Part shown: piece by piece, positions 11,364 to 23,295 of the stretch
Numbering within the stretch: position 1 is the stretch's first letter
How the letters are laid out: every line of letters starts with the position of its first letter
Source of the DNA: Octopus sinensis
Taxonomy: Eukaryota
DNA: 28,358 bases
Direction of reading: 5' to 3'
Assembly: GCF_006345805.1 (NCBI RefSeq)
Contig: NW_021836772.1
Span: 1-28,358 of the forward strand
Made by a program: the position numbers and the translations under genes
The notes under the pieces: generated by a model
Databases searched by the model: none
What the model was told of the DNA's origin: nothing
Seen by the model: the letters and a program-made list of their open reading frames with translations, nothing else

Positions 11364-12283
11364 GTGTAAATATAATACTGTCAGTTACGCTTGTTGTCAT
11401 TAGTCGTCAGCTTAGTTACGGAATTACAAAAAAAATTACCATCTAACTATCTCTTTAAAAAGTATTCATCTTTAGCTAAAGAAAATGCGCATCTTAATCT
11501 AAAGAAGGTGCATCTATAGCTAAAAGTTTGCATCTATAGATAAAATATGAGCCGTCGTGTGTGTGTATGTATATATATATATATAAATATATACACACAC
11601 ACACACAGCAGGCTCTCTGTCTATCTGTCTATACATCCTATATATATAAACACGAAATACGAAAGCAAATGAGTTCAATGCGTAAACGACGAGAGAAACA
11701 AATAGAAAACAGGACAAGTAACATAAAGAACGACCCTTCGTCAATTGTCGGCTGTCTATCTACTCCTCATTTCGAGCCTTGAACGACAATATGAGTTTTC
11801 GAAGTCAGTTGCTCCCATACGTACCAAAATATAATTTGGGACTTATGGAGGATCAAGGCTGGGAGCAAAAACAGGACAGTGGAGACAAACAAGGAAACCG
11901 AACGAAAACAAACATGGAGGGTCGTTAGAGCAGAATGAAGGTAAAAATAGCGAACGCTGGAGAAATGTTTTCTTTGACAAGAGAAAAGATATGAGAGAGA
12001 TAGGATACATGCTGTCCTTACGACAGTAGCGAGAGAAAAGAAGGATGATCATGTGAGGAAGAGAAAGATGGGTGATGGTCACGTGTGAGCAACGAGAGAG
12101 AAAAACGGAGAAACAGGGGGAGAGAGAGAGAGAGACAAACAGATAAATAGAAAACGGTGAAAGGGAGGAAAAAAGGGAATTAGAGAGAGGATGAGAGAGA
12201 AAGGAGTAGAGAGTAGAGTCGCATCAAGAAGATAAATTTGAAAATGCATGCGTGGCGTTCAATCAAATAACTAATATAATTAA

Positions 12284-12321
<38 letters not shown>

Positions 12322-12401
12322 TAAATATATATATATATATATATATGCACACACACACACACATATATATATATATACATATATATATAGTAATAATAAT
12401 A

Positions 12402-12433
<32 letters not shown>

Positions 12434-12567
12434 TTAGGAGTAAATCCAAACTTACAGGAAAAAATTAGAGTTAGGATTAAATCTAATTTACAGTATAAAT
12501 TAAATTAGAGAGATAAAACCACTATTAATTTATATATATATACGCACCCATATATGTATATATATAT

Positions 12568-12599
<32 letters not shown>

Positions 12600-12654
12600 C
12601 ACGCACACTCATGCGTATATGGGTACAGGACGTCAACAAATATAAACATGTGTG

Positions 12655-12830
12655 TGTCTGTAGCGCGCTTCGTTCCCAACAACCGCATGACAACAGGTGC
12701 TGTATTGTTCATGTCCTCGTAACTTAGCACCAGGCTTAAATGAATAAGTACCTGTGCTCGATCCGTTCCAGTCGATGCTGCAGCATGGTCGTAGTCCAAT
12801 GGGTGACACAAGTAAAAGACTGAATGATAA
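12655..12830 (+). mobile_element. SINE family A, degraded 3' part
   Basis: GACAACAGGTGCTGT...TAACTTAGC...AATAAGTAC...GCAGCATGGTCGTAGTCCAATG matches the family A 3' half in sense orientation. Confidence 0.75.
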
Positions 12831-12984
12831 AAACAAACAAATATATAAACACTGTTTGCCACAAAATTATTCTTTTTTAATAATAATCTTTCAGAATTTT
12901 AATCACTGCAAAAATCTTTCATCAAATTCTTGAAATATTTCAAATAACTATTTTGTTATTCACGTATTAAAATAATGTCAAAGA

Positions 12985-13365
<381 letters not shown>

Positions 13366-13654
13366 TTTATTCAAATGTCAAAATGTCTGAAATGAGTTGT
13401 TTTTGTTAATGAGATTAAGATTTTTCAAACGAGTAAACTTTATCTTTAGAGACGAAGTCTTCTAAAAAGCGTTTCCAGCCGCACTATTTCAGAGTTAGAT
13501 TCAGCCTCTGATAGCCTCCGTGTGTTTATTATCGGATATGTATAATGTACAGTACAGGATTCAGTCTGGGAGACATTATTTTTTTTTTTTCGTTATTATA
13601 TTTTTAGATTGAGATCAGTAATGTTCTTACCTGCTATCTTCATCTGTTATTTTT

Positions 13655-13875
13655 TGACTCGTTTCAAAAACTAGACTGCGGCCATGCTGGGGCACCGACT
13701 TAAATTTTTAGTCGAATGAATCGAGCTCCGTTCTTTTTTTCTTTTTAAACAACCTGTTACTTATTCTCTTATTCTATCGATCTCTCTTGCCGAACCTCTA
13801 AGTTACAGGGACGCAAACGCACCAACACCGGTTGCCAAGCAGTGGTGGCAGGCAGCAAACAGACACGACATACAC
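13655..13875 (-). mobile_element. SINE family A, 3' part
   Basis: GACTGCGGCCATGCTGGGGCACCG...CTTATTCTATCGATCTC..TTGCCGAAC..TAAGTTACAGGGACG matches 8570-8760. Confidence 0.8.
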
Positions 13876-14029
13876 ACAGATATATAATATATATATATAT
13901 AGATATAATATATATATAATATATATATATATATTTGTGTGTGTGTGTGTATATATATATTATATATATGTATATATGTATATTATCTATATATATATAT
14001 ATATAATATATATATAATTATATATATAT

Positions 14030-14087
14030 AGGCGTAGGAGTGGCTGTGTGTAAGTAGCTTGCTTGGCACCTTGGGCAAGTGTCTTGA
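14030..14087 (+). mobile_element. SINE family A head with internal deletion
   Basis: AGGCGTAGGAGTGGCTGTGTG-TAAGTAGCTTGCT joined directly to TGGCACCTTGGGCAAGTGTCTT. Confidence 0.85.
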
Positions 14088-14184
14088 AGAGTTTAGTTCA
14101 GCTAATTGACCTCTGTGTATATATATTTTGTAAAGTTTTTTACTTATTCTCATGGCTTCTTTTAAGTTAGGGAAACATAGACAA

Positions 14185-14392
14185 ACCCGCACCGGTTGTC
14201 GACTGGGGGTGGGAGTAACTCGAACACAAAGGCACAACACACATACACACACACACTCAAGACAGCCCTCCAATCAGTTCTGTCAACTAAATTCATTCCC
14301 AAGTCTTTGGTCAAACTTCAGCTATCATAGAAGAAACTCACCGAAGACGCCACGTAGTGAAATTGAACTCGAAATCACGAGGTTGCAAAGCG
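14185..14392 (-). mobile_element. SINE family A-like, old degraded copy
   Basis: Collinear similarity to 8715-8930: CACCGGTTGTC, CA tract, ...CTTTGGTC...TAGAAGA...GCCACGTAGTG...TGAAC. Confidence 0.6.
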
Positions 14393-14472
14393 AAAATGAT
14401 AGGATATTGACACAACTTTTTTTCTGAGGACAAGCGTCATTTTACCAATTTCTTCAAGCACTTTTGAAGACT

Positions 14473-14755
14473 GGGGGCACATGGCCTAGTGGTTAGAGCA
14501 GCAGACTTGCAGTCGAAGAATCGTGAGTATGAATCTCAGACCGGGCGATGTGTGTGTTTATGAGCGAATCACCTAAGCTCCACGCGGCTCCGGCAGAAGG
14601 TAATGGCGAACTTCTGCTGACTCTTTCGCCACAACTTTCTCTCACTCTTTCTTCCTGCATCTAACAGCTCCCCTGTGACGGAACCTATACGCCAAGGAAA
14701 CCGGGAAACCGGCCCTTATGAGCCAGGCATGGCTCAAGAAGGAACCAACAACAAC
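14473..14755 (+). mobile_element. tRNA-derived SINE (family C) with (AAC)n tail and 9-bp target-site duplication
   Basis: A box TGGCCTAGTGG at 14482-14492, degenerate B box, and tail GGAACCAACAACAAC. TTTTGAAGA is present at 14462-14470 and 14758-14766. Confidence 0.88.
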
Positions 14756-14982
14756 CATTTTGAAGAGGATTTTACGGCGAAAGAGCATTTCATGAACGGT
14801 CAACAAGAGTGATGAAACTGAGCCCACATTAACTGTGCATCTGTTGGCCGACGACAAGAAACGGGAGAAGGTACTTGAGGTTTTCAATATAGCCAATAGA
14901 GTACCAGACGATATTTTTACAGGAATAAGCTTCACAGTGACTTTGAAGTTTCGATTTTGTCACCTACATCTACCTGTTTTTA

Positions 14983-14994
14983 TCTATCTATCTG

Positions 14995-15054
<60 letters not shown>

Positions 15055-15055
15055 C

Positions 15056-15106
<51 letters not shown>

Positions 15107-15121
15107 CCTATCTATCTATCT
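14983..15121. repeat. (TATC)n tetranucleotide microsatellite
   Basis: Directly visible. Confidence 0.95.
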
Positions 15122-15947
15122 ACCTTTTTTTAAATTTTTTTATTTATTTATTTTTTTGTTTTTTTCTTCCCTTTTACTATCCCTCTTGATCGAAAACCTA
15201 CGCCACCCCTTTTTTTTCTTTTGTTTTTTGTTTTTTTCATCCCCCCAAAAGAAAAGCTCTACCTTGTAACTTGTCCCATCTGTGTGCAGCCCTGTGTGGC
15301 CAATAAAGAAACTTATCTACCTATCTATCTATCTATATGTACAGGGAGAAAGAGAGATGAGTATGTATAAATGATAATATATGTATTTAAGTACAAACAC
15401 ACATATACACACACACACACACAGCCACACACACACACGTGTACACATATTGTTTATTCGGTTTCAGGAGGAAAGAAAGAACAACTATAGAACGCGAGCC
15501 TTTGAGCAAGGTCACAAGAAGCGAGAGAGAACAATGTTTGAAGAATGTGATGCTAGATTCTATCATACGAATATCAACTCATGAATAATTACAAAATTTA
15601 TTTTACCATTTTTTTTTTTATTTGCAACTCAAAATGACATAGTGGTATAAACATTCAAATAGTTTGTGAAACCATTTTGTCCTCAAGCACTTAACGCGTC
15701 CCTTCCAAAGAATATCGATTTGTCCTCTGTCACGAGCAACATTTTAATAGAATAAAAGCTACGTAAATTCTTATATATTGTAGTTTGTTTTATGTCTTTG
15801 AATAAACACAAACAATCCCCCCCCCCGCCTCGCAACTACGTTTTTGAAGGAGAATAAAATTATTGAAATTCTTTGTTTTCGACACTAGTGCCTTCATAAG
15901 TACTGCAACAACATCATTATATATCAGTGTATATAATAATAATAATA

Positions 15948-16728
15948 ATCCTTTCTACTGTAGGCACAAGGCCTTAAATTTAGGGGAAGGGATTAAGTCG
16001 ATTATATCGACCCCAGTGCGTAACTGGTACTAATTTTATCGACCACCGAAAGGATGAAAGGCTAAGTCGACCTCGGCGGAATTTGAACTCAGAACGTAGC
16101 GGCAGACGAAATACCGGTTTCTTTACTACCCACAAGGGGTTAAAACACAGAGAGGACAGACAAGGACAGACAAACGGATTAAGTCGATTACACCGACCCC
16201 AGTGCGTAACTGGTACTTATTAAATCGACCCCGAAAGTATGTAAGGCAAAGTCGACCTCGGAGGAATTTGAACACAGAACGTAGCGGGAGACGAAATAAT
16301 CTATTTCTTTACTACCCACAAGGGGCTAAACACAGAGAGGACAAACAAGGACAGACAAGCGGATTAAGTCGATTACATCGCCCACCCCCCACCGTGAGTA
16401 ATTGGTACTAATTTTATCGACCACCGAAAGGATGAAAGGCAAAGTCGACCTCGGCGGAATTTGAACTCAGAACGTAGCGGCAGACGAAATACCGGTTTCT
16501 TTACTACCCACAAGGAGCTAAACACAGAGAGGACAAACAAGGACAGACAAACGGATTAAGTCGATTATATCGACCCCCCGTGCGTAACTGGTACTTAATT
16601 TATCGACCACCGAAAGGATGAAAGGCAAAGTCGACCTCGGCGGAATTTGAACTCAGAACGTAGTGGCAGACAGAATACCACAAAGCATTTCGCCCGGCGT
16701 GCAAACGACTCTGCCAGCTCGCCGCCTT
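15948..16728 (-). mobile_element. SINE family D: one head, four tandem body units and an (ATT)n tail
   Basis: GATTAAGTCGATTA recurs at 15991, 16177, 16362 and 16554 (periods 186, 185, 192). A single head GGCGGCGAGCTGGCAGA lies at about 16710-16726. Confidence 0.9.
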
Positions 16729-16745
16729 AGTGTATATAGTCATAA

Positions 16746-16975
16746 TAAGGCGAAGCAGACTGGTGAAATCGTTAGCATGCCGGACAAAATGTTTTGAGGC
16801 ATCTCGTCCGTCTTTACGTTCTGAGCTCAAAATTCCACCGACGTCGACTTAAGCTTTCATCCTTTCGGGGTCAGTGTAATCGATTTGGGGTCAATGCAGT
16901 CGATTTGGTGTAGATGTAATCGATATGGCCCCTGTCCTCGAACTTGATGGCCTCGTGTCAAAATTTGAAACCAAT
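16746..16975 (+). mobile_element. SINE family D, diverged copy (head-to-head with the array)
   Basis: GAAATCGTTAGCATGCCGG...GTTCTGAG.TCAAA.TTCC...CTTTCATCCTTTCGGGGTC...GGCCTCGTGTCAAAATTTGAAAC. Confidence 0.8.
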
Positions 16976-17408
16976 ACATATACACTAATAATAATATACA
17001 TACAATATTTTTGGGAACACTGAATCTCGAAGCACATATAAACCTAAAGTTATAAATAACAGCTTGTGAATATTAATATAAACTCTTTGGGTAAAATGAA
17101 GTCGAAGGCTATTGGTGGGAAACGAAATCGCTTTTAAAATGGATACATTTAAAGGGTCTTTTGGTCTAGTTGCAGAACGGTTGTCATGTTTCCAAGAGAT
17201 ATGGGTTCGAGTACTACAGGAAGCTTTCAACATTTTCTGTCCAAAGGGTATATTTTAAAACTAAATATTTATACACTAGTATTTATAGCTTATATTTATG
17301 CTACAAGTTTCAATGTTCCGATAAAGAATTATTTCTCGTTCATCTCGAAGTTTCTAAGTTTTTATGACTTAAAACCACACATACATACACACATACATAC
17401 ATACATGC

Positions 17409-17577
17409 ATCAGTTAATTATGATTTTATTTGACATGGTCCCCTCTCAGATTCACACACTTATTGCAGCGGTCCTTCAGTTTTTGCTAAGCCCTGTAAAA
17501 GAACTCGAGAGGTTGGTCCTCCAACCAGACCTTTCGTGACAACTTTAAATCCAGGAACTTTTCAGCAACCTCTCATA
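17409..17577. mobile_element. Mariner-type MITE, partial (right TIR)
   Basis: Matches 23868-24031 and ends CCAGGAACTTTTCAGCAACCTCTCA+TA. Confidence 0.8.
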
Positions 17578-17580
17578 AGT

Positions 17581-17611
<31 letters not shown>

Positions 17612-17794
17612 ACTGTGTGTTATTATATATAAATTCTGACTATTAATTAAATTTCGCTGTATTTCAAAAGAAAAAAGAAAAACAAAAAACCAAAAAATTT
17701 ACTCTTGAAATAAATATATAATTAATGGTATATTGTGAAATGGTTGGGAGAAATGGTATGGCAAATGTCTACAATGCTTTAACATAGACAGTCT

Positions 17795-17843
17795 GCTAGT
17801 AGTACGAGCACTAGTAGTAGTGGTAGTAGTGGTGGTAGTAGTT

Positions 17844-17889
<46 letters not shown>

Positions 17890-18088
17890 TGGTGGTGGTG
17901 GTACAGTAATGATTGTAATAGTAGTAGTGGCGGTGGTGGTAGTGATTGTGGTGGTGGTGGTGGTGGTGATAGTGATTGTAGTAGTGATTGTAATGGTAGT
18001 GATTGTAATGGTGGTGGTGGTGGTGGTGGTAGTGATTGTTGTAGTAGTAGTAGTGATGGTGGTGATGATTGTAGTATTAGTAGTGATG
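17795..18088. repeat. (GTA/GTG/GAT)n cryptic trinucleotide array
   Basis: Directly visible; gives poly-T/V/P ORFs. Confidence 0.9.
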
Positions 18089-18090
18089 TA

Positions 18091-18312
18091 AAGCGGCGAG
18101 CTGGCAGAAGCGTTACCGAACCGGACAAAATTCTTAGTGGCATTTCGTTCGTCTTTGAGTTCTGAGTTCAAATTCCGCTGATGTCGACTTTTTTTTAAAA
18201 TTATTTTTTAAGGTTTAATAAAATAAGTACCAGTTGAGCACTGTGGTCGATGTTAACAACTTTCTTCCTCCCTCCGAAATTTCTGGCCTTGTGCCAAAAT
18301 TTGAAAAACCAA
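18091..18312 (+). mobile_element. SINE family D, diverged copy
   Basis: GCGGCGAGCTGGCAGAAGCGTTA...GTTCTGAGTTCAAATTCCGC...AAGTACCAGTTGAGCACT...GGCCTTGTGCCAAAATTTGAAA. Confidence 0.85.
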
Positions 18313-18519
18313 TATTAATAGTGATACTGGGGGTGGGGTAACAGCGTTAGTGATGGTGGTAGTGGTGGTAGTAGCCATGACAGTAATTGTAGCAGCAGCA
18401 GTAGTAATAGCAGTGGCAGTAGTAGTAGTAGTAGCAGCAGTAGCAGTAGTGAAGTATTGTATCGGAATTGTAAAATAAAATTCGCAGTTGACGAAGACAT
18501 TGGCCGTTATCTCTAGCAT

Positions 18520-18940
18520 ACGCTCGCGCGCGCGAACAAACACAAACACAATACACACACACACACGGACAACACACACGCACACACGCATACACCACGC
18601 ACAACACGCGCACGCCCACCCACTCGCATACAATGCACGCATACACACACAACGCACACGACAAACACACGAGCGCACACACAAAACACGCACGCGCACG
18701 CATACATACACACACACACGCACAACACACACACACACACGCACAACACACACACACACACACACACTCACACACGCACAACACACACACGCACGTACGC
18801 ATACACACACAACAAGCACACTCCCACCCACTCGCACACACAACGCACACAACAAACACACGAGCGCACACACAAAACGCGCGGACACACACACACACAC
18901 GCACAACACACACACACACACACACATACACAATACACAC
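18520..18940. repeat. (CA/CG)-rich compound repeat with about 208-bp higher-order duplication
   Basis: CCCACCCACTCGCA at 18615 and 18823, each followed by ACAAACACACGAGCGCACACACAAAAC. Confidence 0.8.
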
Positions 18941-19507
18941 GGGCATGATTGAACCAAAACATACTTAACCAAGAACTGATATAATTACATTATATTCCCT
19001 CGACCAATAATTCTCAGATCGAAAGTTACACTGAACACCTGTATGGCTTCTTTTTATGTTCTAATCTACGCATTTTAACAGAATAAGCCTCACTACAAAC
19101 AAACAACTTTATCTGCTTCTTACGTAAGAGCTTTAATTTAAATTTGCCATATTTACCTGCATGCAAGTCAGTAACACATAATGCAAACATGTAAATATTC
19201 AAATGTCACCAACAATTCCTGTTGTATTTCACATGAAAGTTTTCGTTCACCAAAGTTTTCGTTCACTTGGCGTATAAGTCGACTTATATTGTCCTATGGT
19301 CTGAAAGTCGACCTATATTGTCCTATAGTCTGAAAATTTCGGCTTGTGTGACAGAAAATATGGTTTTTTTTTCATCTCGAAATGATGGTGCATAAAGCTC
19401 TTTTCTCATTATACTTTTCCTGCTATACATTGCATCTCATTCACGTTCTTTCTATCGATCGCCCAATACTCCTCTCTCGTCTTTTTCTTTCTCCCTTCGT
19501 CTTTGCT

Positions 19508-19545
<38 letters not shown>

Positions 19546-19865
19546 ATTCTTTCTTTTTTCTCTCCTCTTTCTCCTCCCTTCTACTTCTAAAGCTTCTCTT
19601 AGTTCACTAAACGCTTTCCTATCATTCAATTCCCCTTTCATATCTCCCTTCACCTCACTCTCGTCTTCGCCCGCTTCGACTCCCCATTCCATTCCTCTTT
19701 CCGCCAACCTCTCTCACCCAGTTCCTCTCTCTACCACTTCCTGTTCACGCACGAAACTCCCATGGTCCTGCATTTCATATTAGTTAAAATCATTTTTTTT
19801 TTTTTTTTGAACTAAGAGGATTTTAAAGCTCTGCTTTCTCGTTAATTTTTCGCCTGTCAGCTTTT

Positions 19866-19901
19866 CTATCTGAAGAAGGACTCTCTCCGAAACGTTGGAT
19901 A
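19866..19901 (+). ncRNA. Minimal hammerhead-like motif (Penelope-type)
   Basis: ctat CTGAAGA A GGA ctctc TCC GAAAC GTT GGATA. AACGTT is palindromic; stem I is imperfect. Confidence 0.55.
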
Positions 19902-20110
19902 TTCCCCTCACCCCGAATTCACTGTACTCTTTTTATCGATTTTATTAACTTATACATATCTTACAGACGCAAACGGTCTCTTTGGAGCCTGTTTGATCTT
20001 TTACACAATTTTACCTACTTCCAATATTAAGCGCTTTCATTCGAAAATTAATTCATATTCACCCCTTAATGGAAACAGAAAATCATTTTCTATAGCACGA
20101 TTCCTACTTA

Positions 20111-20175
20111 TACGTGGTTTGATCAATAAGTATCCGGTCTGCTGCCATAGTAACGAGGCTAAAGCACGCTTCACT
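20111..20175 (+). mobile_element. Mariner-type terminal inverted repeat fragment
   Basis: TA+CGTGGTTTGATCAATAAGTATCCGG resembles mariner TIRs (TACGAGGG..GATCAATAAGT). No partner TIR was found. Confidence 0.5.
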
Positions 20176-20289
20176 TTCTTAGTTGCCGTATAAATCAAGG
20201 GTAAACCATTTTTCACCCCCGCCCACTAATACTCTATTTGTTTTGTTGTACACCGCCTGTCTTCGTCTTTGTTTTTTTCGTAAACTCTC

Positions 20290-20328
<39 letters not shown>

Positions 20329-20339
20329 GTATCGTGTGT

Positions 20340-20530
20340 GTGTATATTGTACATAAATCACAGCATGTGTATGTATATTGACTAACGCATTCATTTCCAC
20401 AATTCTCAACCGATTTTCACCAAACTTTACACACACATTACTTATGTCCCAAGGATGGGCATACACTATAGCATTTTGCCCAGAGCTCCCGCGTATATGG
20501 ACAAACCGTGAAAACAGTGGTTTAGACGTT
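20340..20530. mobile_element. Helentron-associated (HINE/DINE-like) core fragment
   Basis: ATTCTCAACCGATTTTCACCAAACTTTACACACACATTACTTATG is a CCGATTT..C..AAACTT core similar to those at 6100-6270, next to a (TA)n tract. Confidence 0.45.
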
Positions 20531-20748
20531 TTTTTTTTAAAACAAATTCGCTGTATGTTCATAGTTTTTTTTGTATGTAGGGTCTTCCATACCTTTTAAT
20601 CTATATAGTCGTATATTGGCATAAGAGAATATTTTTAGTGGCTTTCACATTTTTTTTGATTTATTATATATTTATATGTTGTAATTGTGTATTATTACTT
20701 GGTTAGAGAATTTTTATAAAAGCGAAAGGATTTTGTCTATTTATTTAG

Positions 20749-20795
<47 letters not shown>

Positions 20796-20816
20796 TTTCG
20801 ACTGTCCACTTGCTAC

Positions 20817-20845
20817 GGAACACTCGTCGTCGTAACCGACGGAGT
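20817..20845 (+). mobile_element. SINE family B 3' end fragment
   Basis: CTCGTCGTCGTAACCGACGGAGT matches 1952-1974. Confidence 0.7.
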
Positions 20846-21332
20846 GCCACACGAACAGTGAGACTGTTCATACCTATCGTCTTATGCTTGGGATTTTACT
20901 GAGCTTTAAGTATTAATCTAATGCGTCTATAATATTTATTCCGAGCCGTTTCTTTCATCTATGTATTGAATTATGGCTGTGTCGAGTTCATTGATTCTTA
21001 ACGATTTGTCTGTGTTTGGTCTAATTCCTCTGCCTTTGTTTCTTAATCTAACATATTATTAATAGCTTTAATTCAATTTCCTTTTCTCTTTTCCAGCCTG
21101 GCTTTGCGCATTTTTGTCAATAGAATTTTATGTCACTTTCCCTATTATGTAATTATGTAATTTTATATCGCCAGCTGTTTGTTCATATATATATATATAT
21201 ATATATAATATATAATAATATCTATATATATATTATATATAATATATATATATATAATATATATATATATATATTACATATATATATAGATATGTACATA
21301 TATGTATATATATTATATATGTATATATATTG

Positions 21333-21427
<95 letters not shown>

Positions 21428-21671
21428 TATATATATATGATATATATATATATATTGTTATATATATGATAAATATCAAAGTGAGTTATATACAGTAGCG
21501 GTAAACATCGTGACGTATTTTTGCCATTTCAATATGGCTACCCCTAAGGGTGGATGCTACTGTAGTTTTTAGCCCCAGGAGGACACACTCCTCCAGCTGG
21601 CCATAGACACACTATCTGTGTCTGTCAGTATTTGCAAAGGGAAGTCATCCTTCCCGTCTTCACTTATGATA

Positions 21672-21715
21672 CACACGGACTCGAGTTTCGAGGTATTGAC
21701 CTTCGTCAGCGTGTG
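21672..21715 (-). ncRNA. Type I hammerhead ribozyme motif (left arm)
   Basis: cacacg CTGACGA AGGT caat ACCTC GAAAC TCGA GTC cgtgtg: perfect 6-bp stem I, palindromic stem III ACTCGAGT, GUC site; one G is missing at the stem II base. Confidence 0.8.
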
Positions 21716-21921
21716 ACAATAATAGTTGTCGCCGAGAATTAGATTTCCTTCACAAATACTTATACTTTTTCCAGCGCCCACTGTCGCTGATATTGAAAAA
21801 GTGAAATCAAAACAATGATAAATTGTTTGATTTCACTTTTTCAATATCAGCGACAGTGGGCGCTGGAAAAAGTATAAGTATTTGTGAAGGAAATCTAATT
21901 CTCGGCGACAACTATTATTGT

Positions 21922-21966
21922 CACACGCTGACGAGAGGTCAATACCTCGAAACTCGAGTCCTGTGT
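21922..21966 (+). ncRNA. Type I hammerhead ribozyme motif (right arm)
   Basis: cacacg CTGACGA GAGGT caat ACCTC GAAAC TCGA GTC ctgtgt: canonical core, perfect 5-bp stem II, GUC site; stem I has a 1-nt bulge. Confidence 0.85.
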
Positions 21967-22306
21967 ATCATAAGTTGAAGACGGGAAGGATGACTTCCCT
22001 TGCAAATACTGACAGGACACAGATAGTGTGTCTATGGCCAGCTGGAGGAGTGGTGTCCTCCTGGGGCTAAAAACTACAGTAGCATCCACCCTTAGGGGTT
22101 AGCCATATTGAAATGGCAAAAATACGTCACTATATATATATGCATATATATATATATATATATGATATATATATATATATGTATATTATATGTATATATA
22201 TATTATATAATATATATGTATATATATATATATGTATATAATATATATATATGATATATATATGTATATATATATGTATATATGTTATATATATGTAATA
22301 TATATG

Positions 22307-22369
<63 letters not shown>

Positions 22370-22721
22370 TAATATATCTATATATATGTTTGTGTGTCTA
22401 TCTCACTCTCACTCTCTCTCTCTCTCTCTCTCTGTATATATAGAGAGAGAAAGAGAGAGGGAGAGAGAGAGTATTTTGAGTAAACCATTGCGTGGTATTA
22501 AATTAAAACTTAAGGCCGAAGCTATGCAAAATGAATGAAATACAGAAATGAAAGAGAACAAAAGGTAATGTTTTATTTGCATTTATTCGATATTTTGGGT
22601 TGGAACTCCTTCATTAATTTGCGTGAAGAAATGAGAGAAGGAATAATGTTACCTTTTCCTCAGATTTGTTGGGGAGAGTAGTGACATGCGCAGACTGGCG
22701 TTGTTATAGTAACTATTATGT

Positions 22722-22933
22722 TTCGCGTAGTTCTTGTCAGTTTAGTGTTGGTTTCAGCTCATTAATTTGACTAGCCCATTGGATTCAAAAGTTACCTGTG
22801 CTATGTACGGTGGCTTTGATTGTTATTGCAAAGTTTCAGGGATTGGCACTTCAGCAGGTGTTTATGAACTGTGCTGTTTGGGTTCACCTGCTCTTTGATG
22901 ATGCGGAGTTTTCTGCTGGTGCGCCAGATCTGT
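22722..22933 (-). pseudogene. Penelope-like element GIY-YIG endonuclease remnant
   Basis: Minus strand: IWRTSRKLRIIKEQVNPNSTVHKHLLKCQS, then after a frameshift NFAITIKATVHSTGNF*IQWASQINELKPTLN*QELRE. This matches the GIY-YIG pattern T.R.L..RIKEH...S.V.KH...C ... I..LKP.LN. Confidence 0.75.
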
Positions 22934-23295
22934 CTGGAAGAGAGGAAAAGTGAATTAAAGACGTTAGTGATAAATATGTTAGCTTAAGAATCACAAGTAG
23001 GTAAATTAGATTACACACTGATAAATAGTTAAGAATCAATGATCTCAATATAATAACAATTCAATATATAGATGAAAGAAATGTCGAGGAATAATATTAT
23101 AGACACGTTAGATTAATACTTAAAATTTAAATACTTAAAACTTCGGGTTCTAATCCCGGAAATATCAAAGAAATAAGCTAAAACTTTACCCGTTATTTTG
23201 TTTTAACTTATGTTTCATCCCTTTTGGCTTTGTTTTGGCCTTTTCCTTTTCCCCCTTCCTGCTTCCCTCTTCTTTTATTTTATGTATTTGTATCC

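Larger units (their letters stand above)
21510..22130. repeat. 621-bp near-perfect palindrome (arms about 307 bp, 5-nt loop GATAA at 21817-21821)
   Basis: The left arm equals the reverse complement of the right arm except for 8 single-base indels, with no substitutions. (TA)n tracts lie on both sides. Confidence 0.97.

Noticed and set aside
14760-14960. Overlapping ORFs 14642-14935 (-) and 14835-15269 (+)
   Set aside because: They run through a SINE and a (TATC)n tract, and no protein family was convincingly recognised.
15948-16728. CRISPR-like or satellite array
   Set aside because: The units are full ~186-bp SINE bodies without unique spacers, in eukaryotic context.
17162-17250. Possible exon (NGCHVSKRYGFEYYRK) after TTGCAG
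   Set aside because: The acceptor is weak and no family was recognised. TGGTCTAGTTG...GGGTTCGAGTAC looks more like a decayed tRNA-derived head.
19039-19156. Minus-strand AG/GT-bounded open frame ending HKKKPYR
   Set aside because: Only a faint zinc-finger-linker resemblance; no Cys/His pattern and a weak donor.
19238-19332. Short tandem duplications (about 15 bp x2 and 29 bp x2)
   Set aside because: Ordinary slippage-type duplications with no further structure.
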